Assembly: GCA_024404275.1 (NCBI GenBank) | Contig: JAKSQG010000004.1 | Location: 1-26,831, forward strand | Length of the DNA: 26,831 nucleotides | Reading direction: 5' to 3' | From: Clostridia bacterium | GTDB lineage: Bacteria > Bacillota > Clostridia > Christensenellales > Aristaeellaceae | In this document: in pieces, positions 9,512-18,283 of the stretch | How positions within the stretch are numbered: position 1 is the stretch's first letter | How the letters are laid out: every line of letters starts with the position of its first letter | Program-made: the position numbers and the translations under genes | Notes under the pieces: generated by a model | Seen by the model: the letters and a program-made list of their open reading frames with translations, nothing else | What the model was told of the DNA's origin: nothing | Databases searched by the model: none

Positions 9512-9545
9512 TGGAAGAAATCCTCCTTACGGTAATTTTCGGTTT

Positions 9546-9574
9546 ATTATAGCATCAAAAAGGACAGTATGCAA
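9546..9574 (-). promoter_or_regulatory. Near-consensus sigma-A promoter for fba
   Basis: Minus-strand TTGCAT (9574-9569), 17 nt spacer, TATAAT (9551-9546). Confidence 0.6.
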
Positions 9575-10045
9575 TCACTTTTTGAAAACGACCCATTTGC
9601 TGGCAGCGTAATTGAAGATGACCACCAGCACGTTGGTGATGAGCTTGACCCAAAGGTCAGCCGAGGGGATGGCCTTCATCAGCATGACCAGCAGGTTGAA
9701 CGCGGCGATGTCAAACACCACCCAGCCCAAGATGCGGGCGGCGGTAAAAAGCCACAGCTCCCGCCAGAAGCCGTTTTCGCGTGTGGCGGTGCTGTTGAAC
9801 ACGTAGCGGCGGTTGGTGAAAAAGGCAAACAGTACGGACAGCACAAAAGCCAGCACCTGACCGGAGTTGGCGATCAGCGCGTAGGAGGCACTGCCGGGCT
9901 CCATGCTGCCCAGACCAAACAGCTGACGCCACACAAAGTACACGACCCAGCTGACGGCGGTGGTCAGCACGCCGAAGATGAGATACATGATGATCTCACG
10001 CAGCTTTGCGCGGTCCTGCAGCAGGGCTTTGATTTTATTGATCAT
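9575..10045 (-). CDS. GtrA-family membrane protein
   Basis: 156 aa with four hydrophobic segments. GtrA-like pattern (YLIFGVLTTAVSWVVYFV..., C-terminal NYAASKWVVFKK). Stop TGA. Confidence 0.75.
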   Translation of the reverse strand: MINKIKALLQDRAKLREIIMYLIFGVLTTAVSWVVYFVWRQLFGLGSMEPGSASYALIANSGQVLAFVLSVLFAFFTNRRYVFNSTATRENGFWRELWLFTAARILGWVVFDIAAFNLLVMLMKAIPSADLWVKLITNVLVVIFNYAASKWVVFKK

Positions 10046-10289
10046 TGAGGATACGCTCCATTTCGTTTTTCAAAGTATCGCCCTCGTCACCGCGGGCATA
10101 GCCGGCGGAAAGGATGTCGGAAAGCGGCAGCGAGAAGGGACGTCCCTTTTGCCCGGTACGGCACTGTACGGCGTCTTCCCTGATCTCCAGCACGTGCACG
10201 TTGATGCGGCGCAGCCCTTTTGCATCGTTGACAAACAGGCATACGCTGCGCCCGCTTTCTAAGGAGTAGCGAAGAAAACGGTCAATCAT
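10035..10289 (-). CDS. Small hypothetical protein (84 aa)
   Basis: The ORF is translationally coupled on both sides. Its ATG overlaps the upstream stop (ATGATTGA), and its TAA overlaps the gtrA-like ATG by 11 nt. No family recognised. Confidence 0.5.
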   Translation of the reverse strand: MIDRFLRYSLESGRSVCLFVNDAKGLRRINVHVLEIREDAVQCRTGQKGRPFSLPLSDILSAGYARGDEGDTLKNEMERILNDQ

Positions 10290-12264
10290 GGCTCTTCACC
10301 TGATAGATGCGGATGCCGCCCCATGCGCTTTCAAATATCAGCTCATGCTGCTCCGCAATGGCGTTTTCGTTGACGTAGGTGTTGTTTCTTTCGTGGTCGC
10401 TGATGTAGATGTAATCCACATCGTATTTTTGCAAAATGCTTTCATTCAGCACGGGATCGGCATAGAAATCGATGATATCGTACTGCCGCTCCATCAGGTC
10501 ATAGCCGTGCCAGTGGAGCCACAGGCTGGGACCGCAGACGATATTGCGTCCTGCAAGGGAGGAGACGGGGTTGATGTGATCGGTCCAGCACATGAAGGTG
10601 GCATGCTGCGGGGTGTTTTTTTCGATAAACTCTGCCGCCTCGACATCATGGCTGGAGAACATCATGTAGCTGCTTTTGCATTCGCGGGCGATGGAGAGCG
10701 TGCCCGTTGCAAAGCAGCAGATGGCGACCATCACCGCCAGCACCGAACGGGAGCGAAGCCCCTTGAGACGGTCAAAAACATCGACGGCATAATCCGCGGC
10801 GATGGGGGTCACCAGTGCCCACCAGACATAGAACAGCTTGTTGTTGTCGTATTCGTTGGGCTGGAAGATGATAAACTCCGCCACGACAAAGATGACAAAG
10901 GCACCGCAGGCCAGCTTTTTGCGCCAGGCGTTGCGGTCAAAGAGCGCCAGAATGAGGAAAATGGCGGGCAGACCGATGTTTTTGATCCAGAACCACAAAT
11001 AGCCGTCCCGCAGCCCCATGTTGCCGGAGTTGTTGACCCAGTTGAACTGCAGGTAGACAAAGCCGCTGTTGCCATCAGTATGGCGGAAGGTCCAGCCAAA
11101 AAGCTGCGGCGCGGCGAGCAGACAGGCGATGCCGCCATACAGTGCCCACAGAAGAAGGCGCTTGCGGAAGGGCGTTTCACTGCGATGGAGAAGGTCGTAT
11201 ACGAGCCAGCCGGCGCTCATCAGCCCCAGCGCGAGGAAGGAGTGCGTGTGCACCAGCGGCAGCCCGCCTGCCATGATGCCCAGCAGTACAAACTGCCGAG
11301 CCTGCCGCTCCTTGACGGTAAAGGCGTCCCACAGCAGGTAAATGCAGGGCAGCAGCAGGCACCAGCCGCCCAGGAACGTGCGCTGCGGCACCAGCATATC
11401 GACAATGATGTTGCTCCAGCGCAGGTTATAATAGCTTTGCTCGGCATGGTTGGCGGGGGTCATGTAGTAGCCATCCATGATGGTGTCAAGCCTCTCCAGC
11501 CACGTGCCTGCCTGCAGGGAGTTGTAGTTCGCGGTGCCGTTGCTGACGCCCAGCGTGTCAATGCTGTACAGAAAGCCGAGACCGCCGTTGATGAACAGAA
11601 ACAGTACGGACAGGAACAGCACAGAGCGGCGGGAGGCGGCAAGGCGGTCGACCAGCAGGATATAGCCGATAAAGACCATGGCCATCATGAAGGTGCCGGG
11701 AATGATGACGCTTTGACGCAGTGTCATGCCAAAGAGCATAAAGCTTGTGGAAAAGCTGTCCGCCAGGAAGGGATAAGTGAGCAGCTCCCCGGGGAGAATG
11801 CTGTAATCGGCGGGGAAAGCGGCATCCCGCAGGCTGGAAATGATGGCCAGATGCAGCGGCAGGTCACCGTACGTGCTCTGACCGCAGAAAAGCATGCCCT
11901 CAATGTCGTTCAAACAGTGAGTATACTGCAGATAGCCGCCAAGTACGGTCAGCGGCAGGGCGATGAGCAGCATCGGCAGGATAAGGCGCTTATCCTCGGC
12001 ACAAATACCCTTGGGTTTTGGTCCCTTGCGGCATACAAACAGGATCAGTCCCGTGATGATCAACAGCGGTATCAGCGCCAGCAGATGACCCTTGACGCTG
12101 AAGCGCACAAAAAAAGCCATCAGCGCAGGCAGCCACATCATCATCAGTGTGCCCAGCGCGCAGCCCAGCCAAAGGCGGATGGGCAGCCTTTTTTGCGGCA
12201 GCAGTGAACGGATGATGAGCATGCCGCAGAGCAGATATACGGCAGAATAACAAACGGACAGCAC
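10282..12264 (-). CDS. Large polytopic membrane protein, possibly a GT-C-type glycosyltransferase
   Basis: 660 aa with many hydrophobic helices followed by a soluble C-terminal domain. GTG start 6 nt after AAGGAGG. Function is inferred only from architecture and GtrA linkage. Stop TGA. Confidence 0.45.
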   Translation of the reverse strand: MLSVCYSAVYLLCGMLIIRSLLPQKRLPIRLWLGCALGTLMMMWLPALMAFFVRFSVKGHLLALIPLLIITGLILFVCRKGPKPKGICAEDKRLILPMLLIALPLTVLGGYLQYTHCLNDIEGMLFCGQSTYGDLPLHLAIISSLRDAAFPADYSILPGELLTYPFLADSFSTSFMLFGMTLRQSVIIPGTFMMAMVFIGYILLVDRLAASRRSVLFLSVLFLFINGGLGFLYSIDTLGVSNGTANYNSLQAGTWLERLDTIMDGYYMTPANHAEQSYYNLRWSNIIVDMLVPQRTFLGGWCLLLPCIYLLWDAFTVKERQARQFVLLGIMAGGLPLVHTHSFLALGLMSAGWLVYDLLHRSETPFRKRLLLWALYGGIACLLAAPQLFGWTFRHTDGNSGFVYLQFNWVNNSGNMGLRDGYLWFWIKNIGLPAIFLILALFDRNAWRKKLACGAFVIFVVAEFIIFQPNEYDNNKLFYVWWALVTPIAADYAVDVFDRLKGLRSRSVLAVMVAICCFATGTLSIARECKSSYMMFSSHDVEAAEFIEKNTPQHATFMCWTDHINPVSSLAGRNIVCGPSLWLHWHGYDLMERQYDIIDFYADPVLNESILQKYDVDYIYISDHERNNTYVNENAIAEQHELIFESAWGGIRIYQVKSHD

Positions 12265-12422
12265 GAATTGCCTCCTTGATAGGAATCATAAAGGCCATCA
12301 AAGGCCATATAGGGCCATGTGAAAAACAGGGGAAATTTGCTATGATGCTTTTCACCGCCGGCACCATTATACGCTTTTGCGGCGGGGCAAAACAAGCGGA
12401 AGAACTGAAATTTACAATCCTG

Positions 12423-13736
12423 TTACAGTGTCTTTTTGAAGCGGGTGCAGAGCAGCTGCCAGATGGGCAGCAGAATCAGATAAAAGGCAAACAGCACCGA
12501 GGCGGAAGGCGCTTCCACCGAGGAGAGCGGTACGCTGCAGGCGATGCACCAGGGGATGAGGGGAGAGATGACCACGGCGGAGTTTTCCAGATACTGCGCG
12601 CGCAGCAGGGGGTCTTCCGTTAGTTCTGCCGTCATCTGATCGGTCAACATGATGGCCAGCGTCTGGTTGCAGCTGACCATGGCCGAAAATACCGAGGCCG
12701 CCAACATGGAGGCAAAACTGCCGCCTTTTCTGGCCAGACGGCGCAGGGGAACGATCAGAAAATCAAGCAGCCCCGTGGCCTTGAAGATGCCGCTGTAGCA
12801 GGCGGCAATGAGAATGATGCAGGTGGTGCGTACCATCGAGGTGAGACCGCCGCCGCCCAGCACGGCCAAGAGCTGCGGGTCCTCCGGAACAAAGCCGTTG
12901 AGTAGCAGGGATGGCAGCTGCACAAGGGGAAAGCGCTGCACAAACAGTGTGACGGGCACGGAAATGGCAATACTGAGCAGCAGCAGCGGGCGCACCGGCA
13001 CACGGAAGAAGGCGGGAATCAGAATGGCCAGAGCGGGCAGAAAGCACCACAGATTCAGCGTGAAGGAGTTCCGCAGCAGCTCCGTGGTGGTGTTGGTGAC
13101 GGAGGCGGAGCCGGCGCCGAGGCTGAGCAGCAGATAGAGCACCAGACTCACACAGAAGGGCACGATGCAGGTGCGGATCATGCGGCCGATGTTCTGATAA
13201 ATGTCGGTCTTTGTCAGCGTCGCCACCAGCAGGGCAGAGGTGGAAACGGGGGAGCAGCGGTCGCCGAAGAAGCAGCCCGCCAGGATGGCGCCGCCAGTCC
13301 AGAGGGGAGAAAAATCCATCGAACGGGCAATGCTCATGCAGATGACGCCCATGGTGGCGGCCGTGCCGAAGGCAGTGCCGGTCAGAACCGAGATGAGCCC
13401 GCAAAGCATAAATGTCAGCGGCAAAAACAGCGCGGGACGGATAAGCCCCGAGACGGCAGATACGATGGCCGGGATGCAGCCGGAGGCTCGCCACAGGGCA
13501 GTCAGCACGCCGATGAGCAGCAGCGTGATCAGAATGTTCTTGACGGTCTTGATGCCGGACAGGCCCATTTCAAGCATCTGACGGGGTTTGAAGCCCTTCA
13601 GGGCGGCGTCGAATAAAAAGAGCGCCAGCCCGAAAAGCAGGGCCGGCACCACCGACAGGCCGCCCAGCACACAGCCAATCAGCGCGGCGCAGAACAGAAA
13701 CAGGATCAGCCCATTGCGGGCAGCGGTGTTGTTCAT
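12423..13736 (-). CDS. NhaC-family transporter (Na+/H+ antiporter-like)
   Basis: 437 aa polytopic protein with NhaC-like sequence character. AGGAG RBS. Lies 18 nt downstream of the kinase gene. Stop TAA. Confidence 0.7.
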   Translation of the reverse strand: MNNTAARNGLILFLFCAALIGCVLGGLSVVPALLFGLALFLFDAALKGFKPRQMLEMGLSGIKTVKNILITLLLIGVLTALWRASGCIPAIVSAVSGLIRPALFLPLTFMLCGLISVLTGTAFGTAATMGVICMSIARSMDFSPLWTGGAILAGCFFGDRCSPVSTSALLVATLTKTDIYQNIGRMIRTCIVPFCVSLVLYLLLSLGAGSASVTNTTTELLRNSFTLNLWCFLPALAILIPAFFRVPVRPLLLLSIAISVPVTLFVQRFPLVQLPSLLLNGFVPEDPQLLAVLGGGGLTSMVRTTCIILIAACYSGIFKATGLLDFLIVPLRRLARKGGSFASMLAASVFSAMVSCNQTLAIMLTDQMTAELTEDPLLRAQYLENSAVVISPLIPWCIACSVPLSSVEAPSASVLFAFYLILLPIWQLLCTRFKKTL

Positions 13737-13754
13737 TTTATGCTCCTGAAATAA

Positions 13755-14687
13755 TCAGTTTGCCATAGCATCATAATCGGTCATGAAGCGGCGGCGGAAT
13801 TCCTCTCCGCAGGCAAGACCGGCAGCGCGGGCGGCGGCGAATGCCCCGCCGTACACGGGCGGTACCGTGCCCATGATCATCTGTGCCCGGGGATCGGCCG
13901 CGGCACGCAGACGTTTTTCATATTCGGGAAAATGGCGGATGACGCCGCCGTTGAGCACGAGCGGGAAGGGCGTGCCGAACGATTCGGCAGCGGCATGGAT
14001 CATCAGGCACAGCTCTTTGACGCAGCCATCCACGATCTCTTCGGCATAGGGGTCACCCATATCAAGTGCCTCAAACACCACGCCGCACAGCGAGGCAATG
14101 TAGGCACGGCCTCCGGCATACACCTGCGACAGGTGGCTGATCAATTCGCCGCCGAGGCGCTTTTCAATCAGCTCCTTCATGGGGGTATAGCCGATGCGTC
14201 CGTCGTTCATTTTGACCGCGCGGTTGAGGGCGTCACGCCCGAGAATGTAGCCGCTGGAGCAGCCGTCCACCAGCCAGCCGCAGCCGCCGATATAGCGGAC
14301 CTTGCCATCGACACGGATAGTCAGCGAACTGCCGGTGCCGCAGATGAGGGCGGCGCCGTCTTTTTCTCCCAGCATACCGTAAAGCAGGCAGGGACCGTCT
14401 CCCTCCGCCGTCAGATGGCGGCAGGTGACCATTTCTTTTATGCGTTCGCCGATGCTGCCGCCAAAATAGTCGTAGCAGGCGATGCCGGCATACAGGGCGT
14501 CAATGGGGGTATCCGCCCCAATGCCCAGGGCGCGGATGCTGTTTTCATAGCGTTTGCAGGCTTCTTCCAGACCGCAGTCCAGCGGATTGGCCCCTGCAGT
14601 CACCGAACGGCACAGAATATGCCCCGTCTCGTCAAACAGTACGGCATCCGTCTTGGTGCCGCCCACATCCAGTGCAGCCAGCAGCAT
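13755..14687 (-). CDS. BadF/BadG/BcrA/BcrD-type ATPase (N-acetylglucosamine-kinase-like ASKHA kinase)
   Basis: N-terminal LAALDVGGTKTD phosphate-1 motif, then ICGTGS and GGCGWLVDGCSSGY motifs. AAGGAG RBS 15 nt after the tyrA stop. Stop TGA. Confidence 0.75.
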   Translation of the reverse strand: MLLAALDVGGTKTDAVLFDETGHILCRSVTAGANPLDCGLEEACKRYENSIRALGIGADTPIDALYAGIACYDYFGGSIGERIKEMVTCRHLTAEGDGPCLLYGMLGEKDGAALICGTGSSLTIRVDGKVRYIGGCGWLVDGCSSGYILGRDALNRAVKMNDGRIGYTPMKELIEKRLGGELISHLSQVYAGGRAYIASLCGVVFEALDMGDPYAEEIVDGCVKELCLMIHAAAESFGTPFPLVLNGGVIRHFPEYEKRLRAAADPRAQMIMGTVPPVYGGAFAAARAAGLACGEEFRRRFMTDYDAMAN

Positions 14688-14702
14688 GATATTGTTCTCC
14701 TT

Positions 14703-15557
14703 TTATTTGTTGAACAGCGCGCGGCGGGCGGTAGAAAGGCGCATCTTTTCCCGAAGACCTTCCTTGTCCTCTGCTTCCAGCATACCGCGCAGGGTATGCA
14801 TCTCATCGATGAAGGTGTCCATCTGTTCCAGCAGCGGTGCTTTGTTCATCAAGAACAGCTCGCTCCACATGGCGTCGTTGATACGGGCAATGCGGGTCAG
14901 GTCACGGAAACTGTCACCGGTATAGTCGACCAGATGGGTGCTGTCGCTGCAGGTCATCAGCGCCACGGCGATGACGTGGGTCAGCTGCGATACAAAGCCG
15001 ATCATGCGGTCATGCTCTTCGGGGCTGAGCACGCTGATGCGGGCAAAGCCCAGCAGACGCCCCAATTCCTTGCTCCATTCGATGCCTTCGAGGGTGTTTT
15101 TATCGGTGGGCACCACAATGTAGTTGGCGTCCCGGAAGATGCGGTCATCGGCGTTTTCCACGCCGTATACCTCACGACCGGCCATGGGATGGGAGGCGAT
15201 GAATTCAACGCCCGCGGGCAGCAGCTGCTGTACCTCTTCCACAATGCCGGATTTGACGCCTGTCACATCGGTCACCATGGCGCCCCAGCGGATCAGATGA
15301 CCCCACTGGCGGATCCAGTCGACAAACACATGGGGATACACGGCAAAGATGAGCACCCCGGCACGGCGGATGGCGTCCTCGGTGGGTTCGGTATAGCCGC
15401 AGTCGATGATGCCATGCTCCACGGCGTAGGTGATGGCTTCGGGGCGGGTATCGATCGCTTCCACGTGATAGCCCAGGGAGCGCAGACGCTTGGCATAGCT
15501 GCCGCCCATCAGACCCAGACCTACAATCAGAATATCGTTATCAGAGATCCATCTCAT
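14703..15557 (-). CDS. tyrA: Prephenate dehydrogenase
   Basis: ILIVGLGLMGGSYAKRL Rossmann motif plus SHPMAG and a prephenate-dehydrogenase-like C-terminal half. Overlaps the aroA stop by 17 nt. Stop TAA. Confidence 0.85.
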   Translation of the reverse strand: MRWISDNDILIVGLGLMGGSYAKRLRSLGYHVEAIDTRPEAITYAVEHGIIDCGYTEPTEDAIRRAGVLIFAVYPHVFVDWIRQWGHLIRWGAMVTDVTGVKSGIVEEVQQLLPAGVEFIASHPMAGREVYGVENADDRIFRDANYIVVPTDKNTLEGIEWSKELGRLLGFARISVLSPEEHDRMIGFVSQLTHVIAVALMTCSDSTHLVDYTGDSFRDLTRIARINDAMWSELFLMNKAPLLEQMDTFIDEMHTLRGMLEAEDKEGLREKMRLSTARRALFNK

Positions 15558-16743
15558 CGGTTGTTACCTCAATTCCCAGCGCCCTGAGACGCTCAAAATA
15601 ATCGGGCAGGCTCTTGCGTACTGCCTGCGCCCCGTAAATCGTACCGCCGATGGTGGTCAGAAGTGTACTCATGGCCATCACGATGCGGTGATCGTTGTGT
15701 CCGCTGACCGGCTCCGAAGGCGCATGGGGCGTGCCGGGGCACACGGTCAGTTCATTTTCATCCAATTCGACGGTGATGCCGCATTTGTGCAGCTCTTCGC
15801 CCATGGCACGACCGCGGTCGCTCTCCTTGATGGCCAGGCGCCTTGTACCGGTGAAGCGTGCGCCGTGATGCATCGCGGCAAACGCCATCTCGACGGGTCC
15901 CAGGTCGGGGCAGTCGCTCAGGTCGATACTGCAAAAGCCTTTCTTCAACGCCGCAAAATGCTCACGGTACACTTTGTCGCCCTGCAGGCTGTCTGCCTTG
16001 AGACCGGTCAGGGGCACCCCCAGCGCTTCAAAGAAGGCGGCGTTGGAATAATCGCCCTCCACAGTGACCTCGGCTGCGGCATAATGCTGCCCGCCGGGGA
16101 TGACAAAGGTGTTTTCATCGGGGCGGGTCAGGCGGATGCCGAAGGTTTCCAGCGCTTCCACCGTCATATCAATATAGGGGCGGCTTTCCACGGGCGGCAG
16201 CAGGCGCAGCGTGCTGTCTTCCCTGAGCAGCGGCAGTGTGAACAGAAGACCCGTGATAAACTGGCTGCTGACGGCACCGCTGACGGCGATATCACCGCCG
16301 TGAAGCTGCCCTTCCACCTCGGCAGCACCCTTTTCGGTGCGAAGCAGGATGCCCTGATCTTTGCACAGCTCCTCATAAACAGAAAGCGGACGGCTGAACA
16401 GTTTTTCACTGCCCTCCAGGCGGGCATGCCTGCCGTCAATCAGGCACAAAGGCAAAAAGAAGCGCAGCGTGCTGCCGCTTTCCCGGCATAAAAGCGTCTC
16501 CCGGGGGATAGGGCGTCCGTTGCCTGTGATGGTCACGGTGCTGCCGACCCTTTCAAGCGCTGCACCCAGCGCACGCAGACAGTCCATGGAAGCCAGAATG
16601 TCCTCGCTGTATTCCAGACCGTGTACCACACTGCGGCCCTCGCTCAGACCGGCGGCGATCAGCAGGCGGTGTGCCATTGACTTGGAAGGCGGTGCCGCCA
16701 TCGTTCCCTTCGCTGCGGAGGGGGTAAATACTGCACGCATCAT
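15541..16743 (-). CDS. aroA: 3-phosphoshikimate 1-carboxyvinyltransferase (EPSP synthase)
   Basis: PPSKSMAHRLLIAA and LRxxxSDR-type motifs (IKESDRGRAM). ATGA overlap with the aroQ stop. Stop TGA. Confidence 0.9.
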   Translation of the reverse strand: MMRAVFTPSAAKGTMAAPPSKSMAHRLLIAAGLSEGRSVVHGLEYSEDILASMDCLRALGAALERVGSTVTITGNGRPIPRETLLCRESGSTLRFFLPLCLIDGRHARLEGSEKLFSRPLSVYEELCKDQGILLRTEKGAAEVEGQLHGGDIAVSGAVSSQFITGLLFTLPLLREDSTLRLLPPVESRPYIDMTVEALETFGIRLTRPDENTFVIPGGQHYAAAEVTVEGDYSNAAFFEALGVPLTGLKADSLQGDKVYREHFAALKKGFCSIDLSDCPDLGPVEMAFAAMHHGARFTGTRRLAIKESDRGRAMGEELHKCGITVELDENELTVCPGTPHAPSEPVSGHNDHRIVMAMSTLLTTIGGTIYGAQAVRKSLPDYFERLRALGIEVTTDEMDL

Positions 16744-17171
16744 ACGCCCTTCACCAGATAGTCCATGGCTTCCAGATAGCCGTTCAGCCCGTGACCGCTG
16801 ATGGTCTTGACGCAGGCGGCACGCACATAGCTGATCTGACGAAAATCCTCACGCTTGCTCACATCGCTGATGTGCACTTCCACCGTGGGGATGCCAATGG
16901 CCTTGACAGCATCCAGAATGGCGACGGAGGTGTGGGTGTAGGCGGCGGGGTTGAACACGATGCCGTCCATTACGCCGTAGGCGGCCTGCAGCTCGTCCAC
17001 CAGGGCGCCTTCATGATTGCTCTGAAAGATCTTGACCTCCACGCCCAATTCTTCTGCATGGGTGCGGATCATGCCGCATAGTGCCTCATAAGAGTTGCCG
17101 CCATAAATGGAAGGTTCACGGATGCCCAGAAAATTGAGGTTGGGTCCGTTCAGAATAAGCAGCTTTTTCAT
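16740..17171 (-). CDS. aroQ: Type II 3-dehydroquinate dehydratase
   Basis: MKKLLILNGPNLNFLGIREPSIYG, FQSNHEG and NPAAYTHTSVA are hallmark type II DHQase motifs. Stop TGA. Confidence 0.92.
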   Translation of the reverse strand: MKKLLILNGPNLNFLGIREPSIYGGNSYEALCGMIRTHAEELGVEVKIFQSNHEGALVDELQAAYGVMDGIVFNPAAYTHTSVAILDAVKAIGIPTVEVHISDVSKREDFRQISYVRAACVKTISGHGLNGYLEAMDYLVKGV

Positions 17172-17182
17172 GGAAAATTGCC

Positions 17183-18283
17183 TTATTTCCTTTCGTCCGC
17201 AAGATAGTCGGTGCCGTAGCGGCCGGCCAGCAGGTCGGCAATGACCAGCGCGGTCATGCTGTCCGCCACCACGCGTGCGCGGTGCAATATGGCGGGGTCA
17301 TGCCGTCCGGCAATGGCGATGGGCTTGTTTTCACCGGTCAGAAAATCAACGGTCTTCTGCTCCTTATAGATAGAGGGGGTCGGCTTGACCGCCAGACGGA
17401 AGCATACGGGCATGCCGTTGGTGATGCCGCCGTTGATGCCGCCATTGCGGTTGGTCTCGGTGATGACCGTGCCGTTTTCCATACGGAAGGCGTCGTTGTA
17501 TTCGCTGCCGCGCAGACGGACGCCGTCAAAACCGATGCCAAAGTCAATGCCCTTGATGCCGGGAATGGAAAGCATCGCGTGCGCCAGCAGGCTTTCCACC
17601 GTGTCAAACCACGGTTCGCCAAGGCCCGCGGGCAACCCGGTCACGGCAGTCTCGAGAATGCCGCCCACGCTGTCGCCTTCGGCCCCCGCCGCTTCAATGA
17701 CGGCGCGCATGCTTTCGCCGGCAGCGTCGTCCAGAACGGCAAACACCTGCCCGTTCAGATGGGTGATGTCCTCATTCAGGTTTCCAAAGGCGCGGTCGCG
17801 AACGCCGCCGCATTCCTGCACGTGCGTACCGATCAGAATGCCCTTTTGCTTCAGAGCACCTGCCAGAATGGCGCAGGAGGCGACCAGTGCCGCCGTGATA
17901 CGGCCAGAAAAATGTCCGCCGCCGCGGGCATCCTGAAAGCCGTGATATTTGCACTGCGCCGTATAATCGGCATGCCCGGGGCGGGCGAGACCACTCAGAG
18001 CGGCATAATCACCGCTTCTTTGATTGCTGTTGGGAATGAGCAGACACAGCGGTGTGCCGGTGGTCTTGCCGTTCACCATGCCCGATACGATGCGGAAGGG
18101 GTCTTCCTCACGTCTTGCCGTACCCGTCTTTCCCGCGGGGCGGCGCAGCAGCAGCTGATGGGCGATCAGATCGGTATCCACCGTGATGCCGGGAGCCAGA
18201 CCATCCAATACGGCGCCAATCTATGCTCCATGGCTTTCCCCAAACAGCGTCAGCGTGATGTTTTGTCCAAAGCTGTTTTTCAT
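17183..18283 (-). CDS. aroC: Chorismate synthase with one in-frame TAG (plus-strand CTA at 18221-18223)
   Basis: The listed ORF (17183..18208) begins mid-domain at LDGLAPG. Reading on upstream gives MKNSFGQNITLTLFGESHGA-TAG-IGAVLDGLAPG..., which contains the conserved FGESHG N-terminus. ATG 18283-18281 overlaps the aroB stop as ATGA. Read this way the protein is 366 aa, normal for AroC. Stop TAA. Confidence 0.85.

Noticed and set aside
12361-12395. Possible hairpin CACCGCCGG...CGGCGGGG between nhaC and the membrane-protein gene, considered as a terminator.
   Set aside because: The loop is about 20 nt with no U-tract on the transcribed (minus) strand. The region also contains a TATAAT-like box, so it is more likely promoter sequence. 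Support is too weak to annotate.
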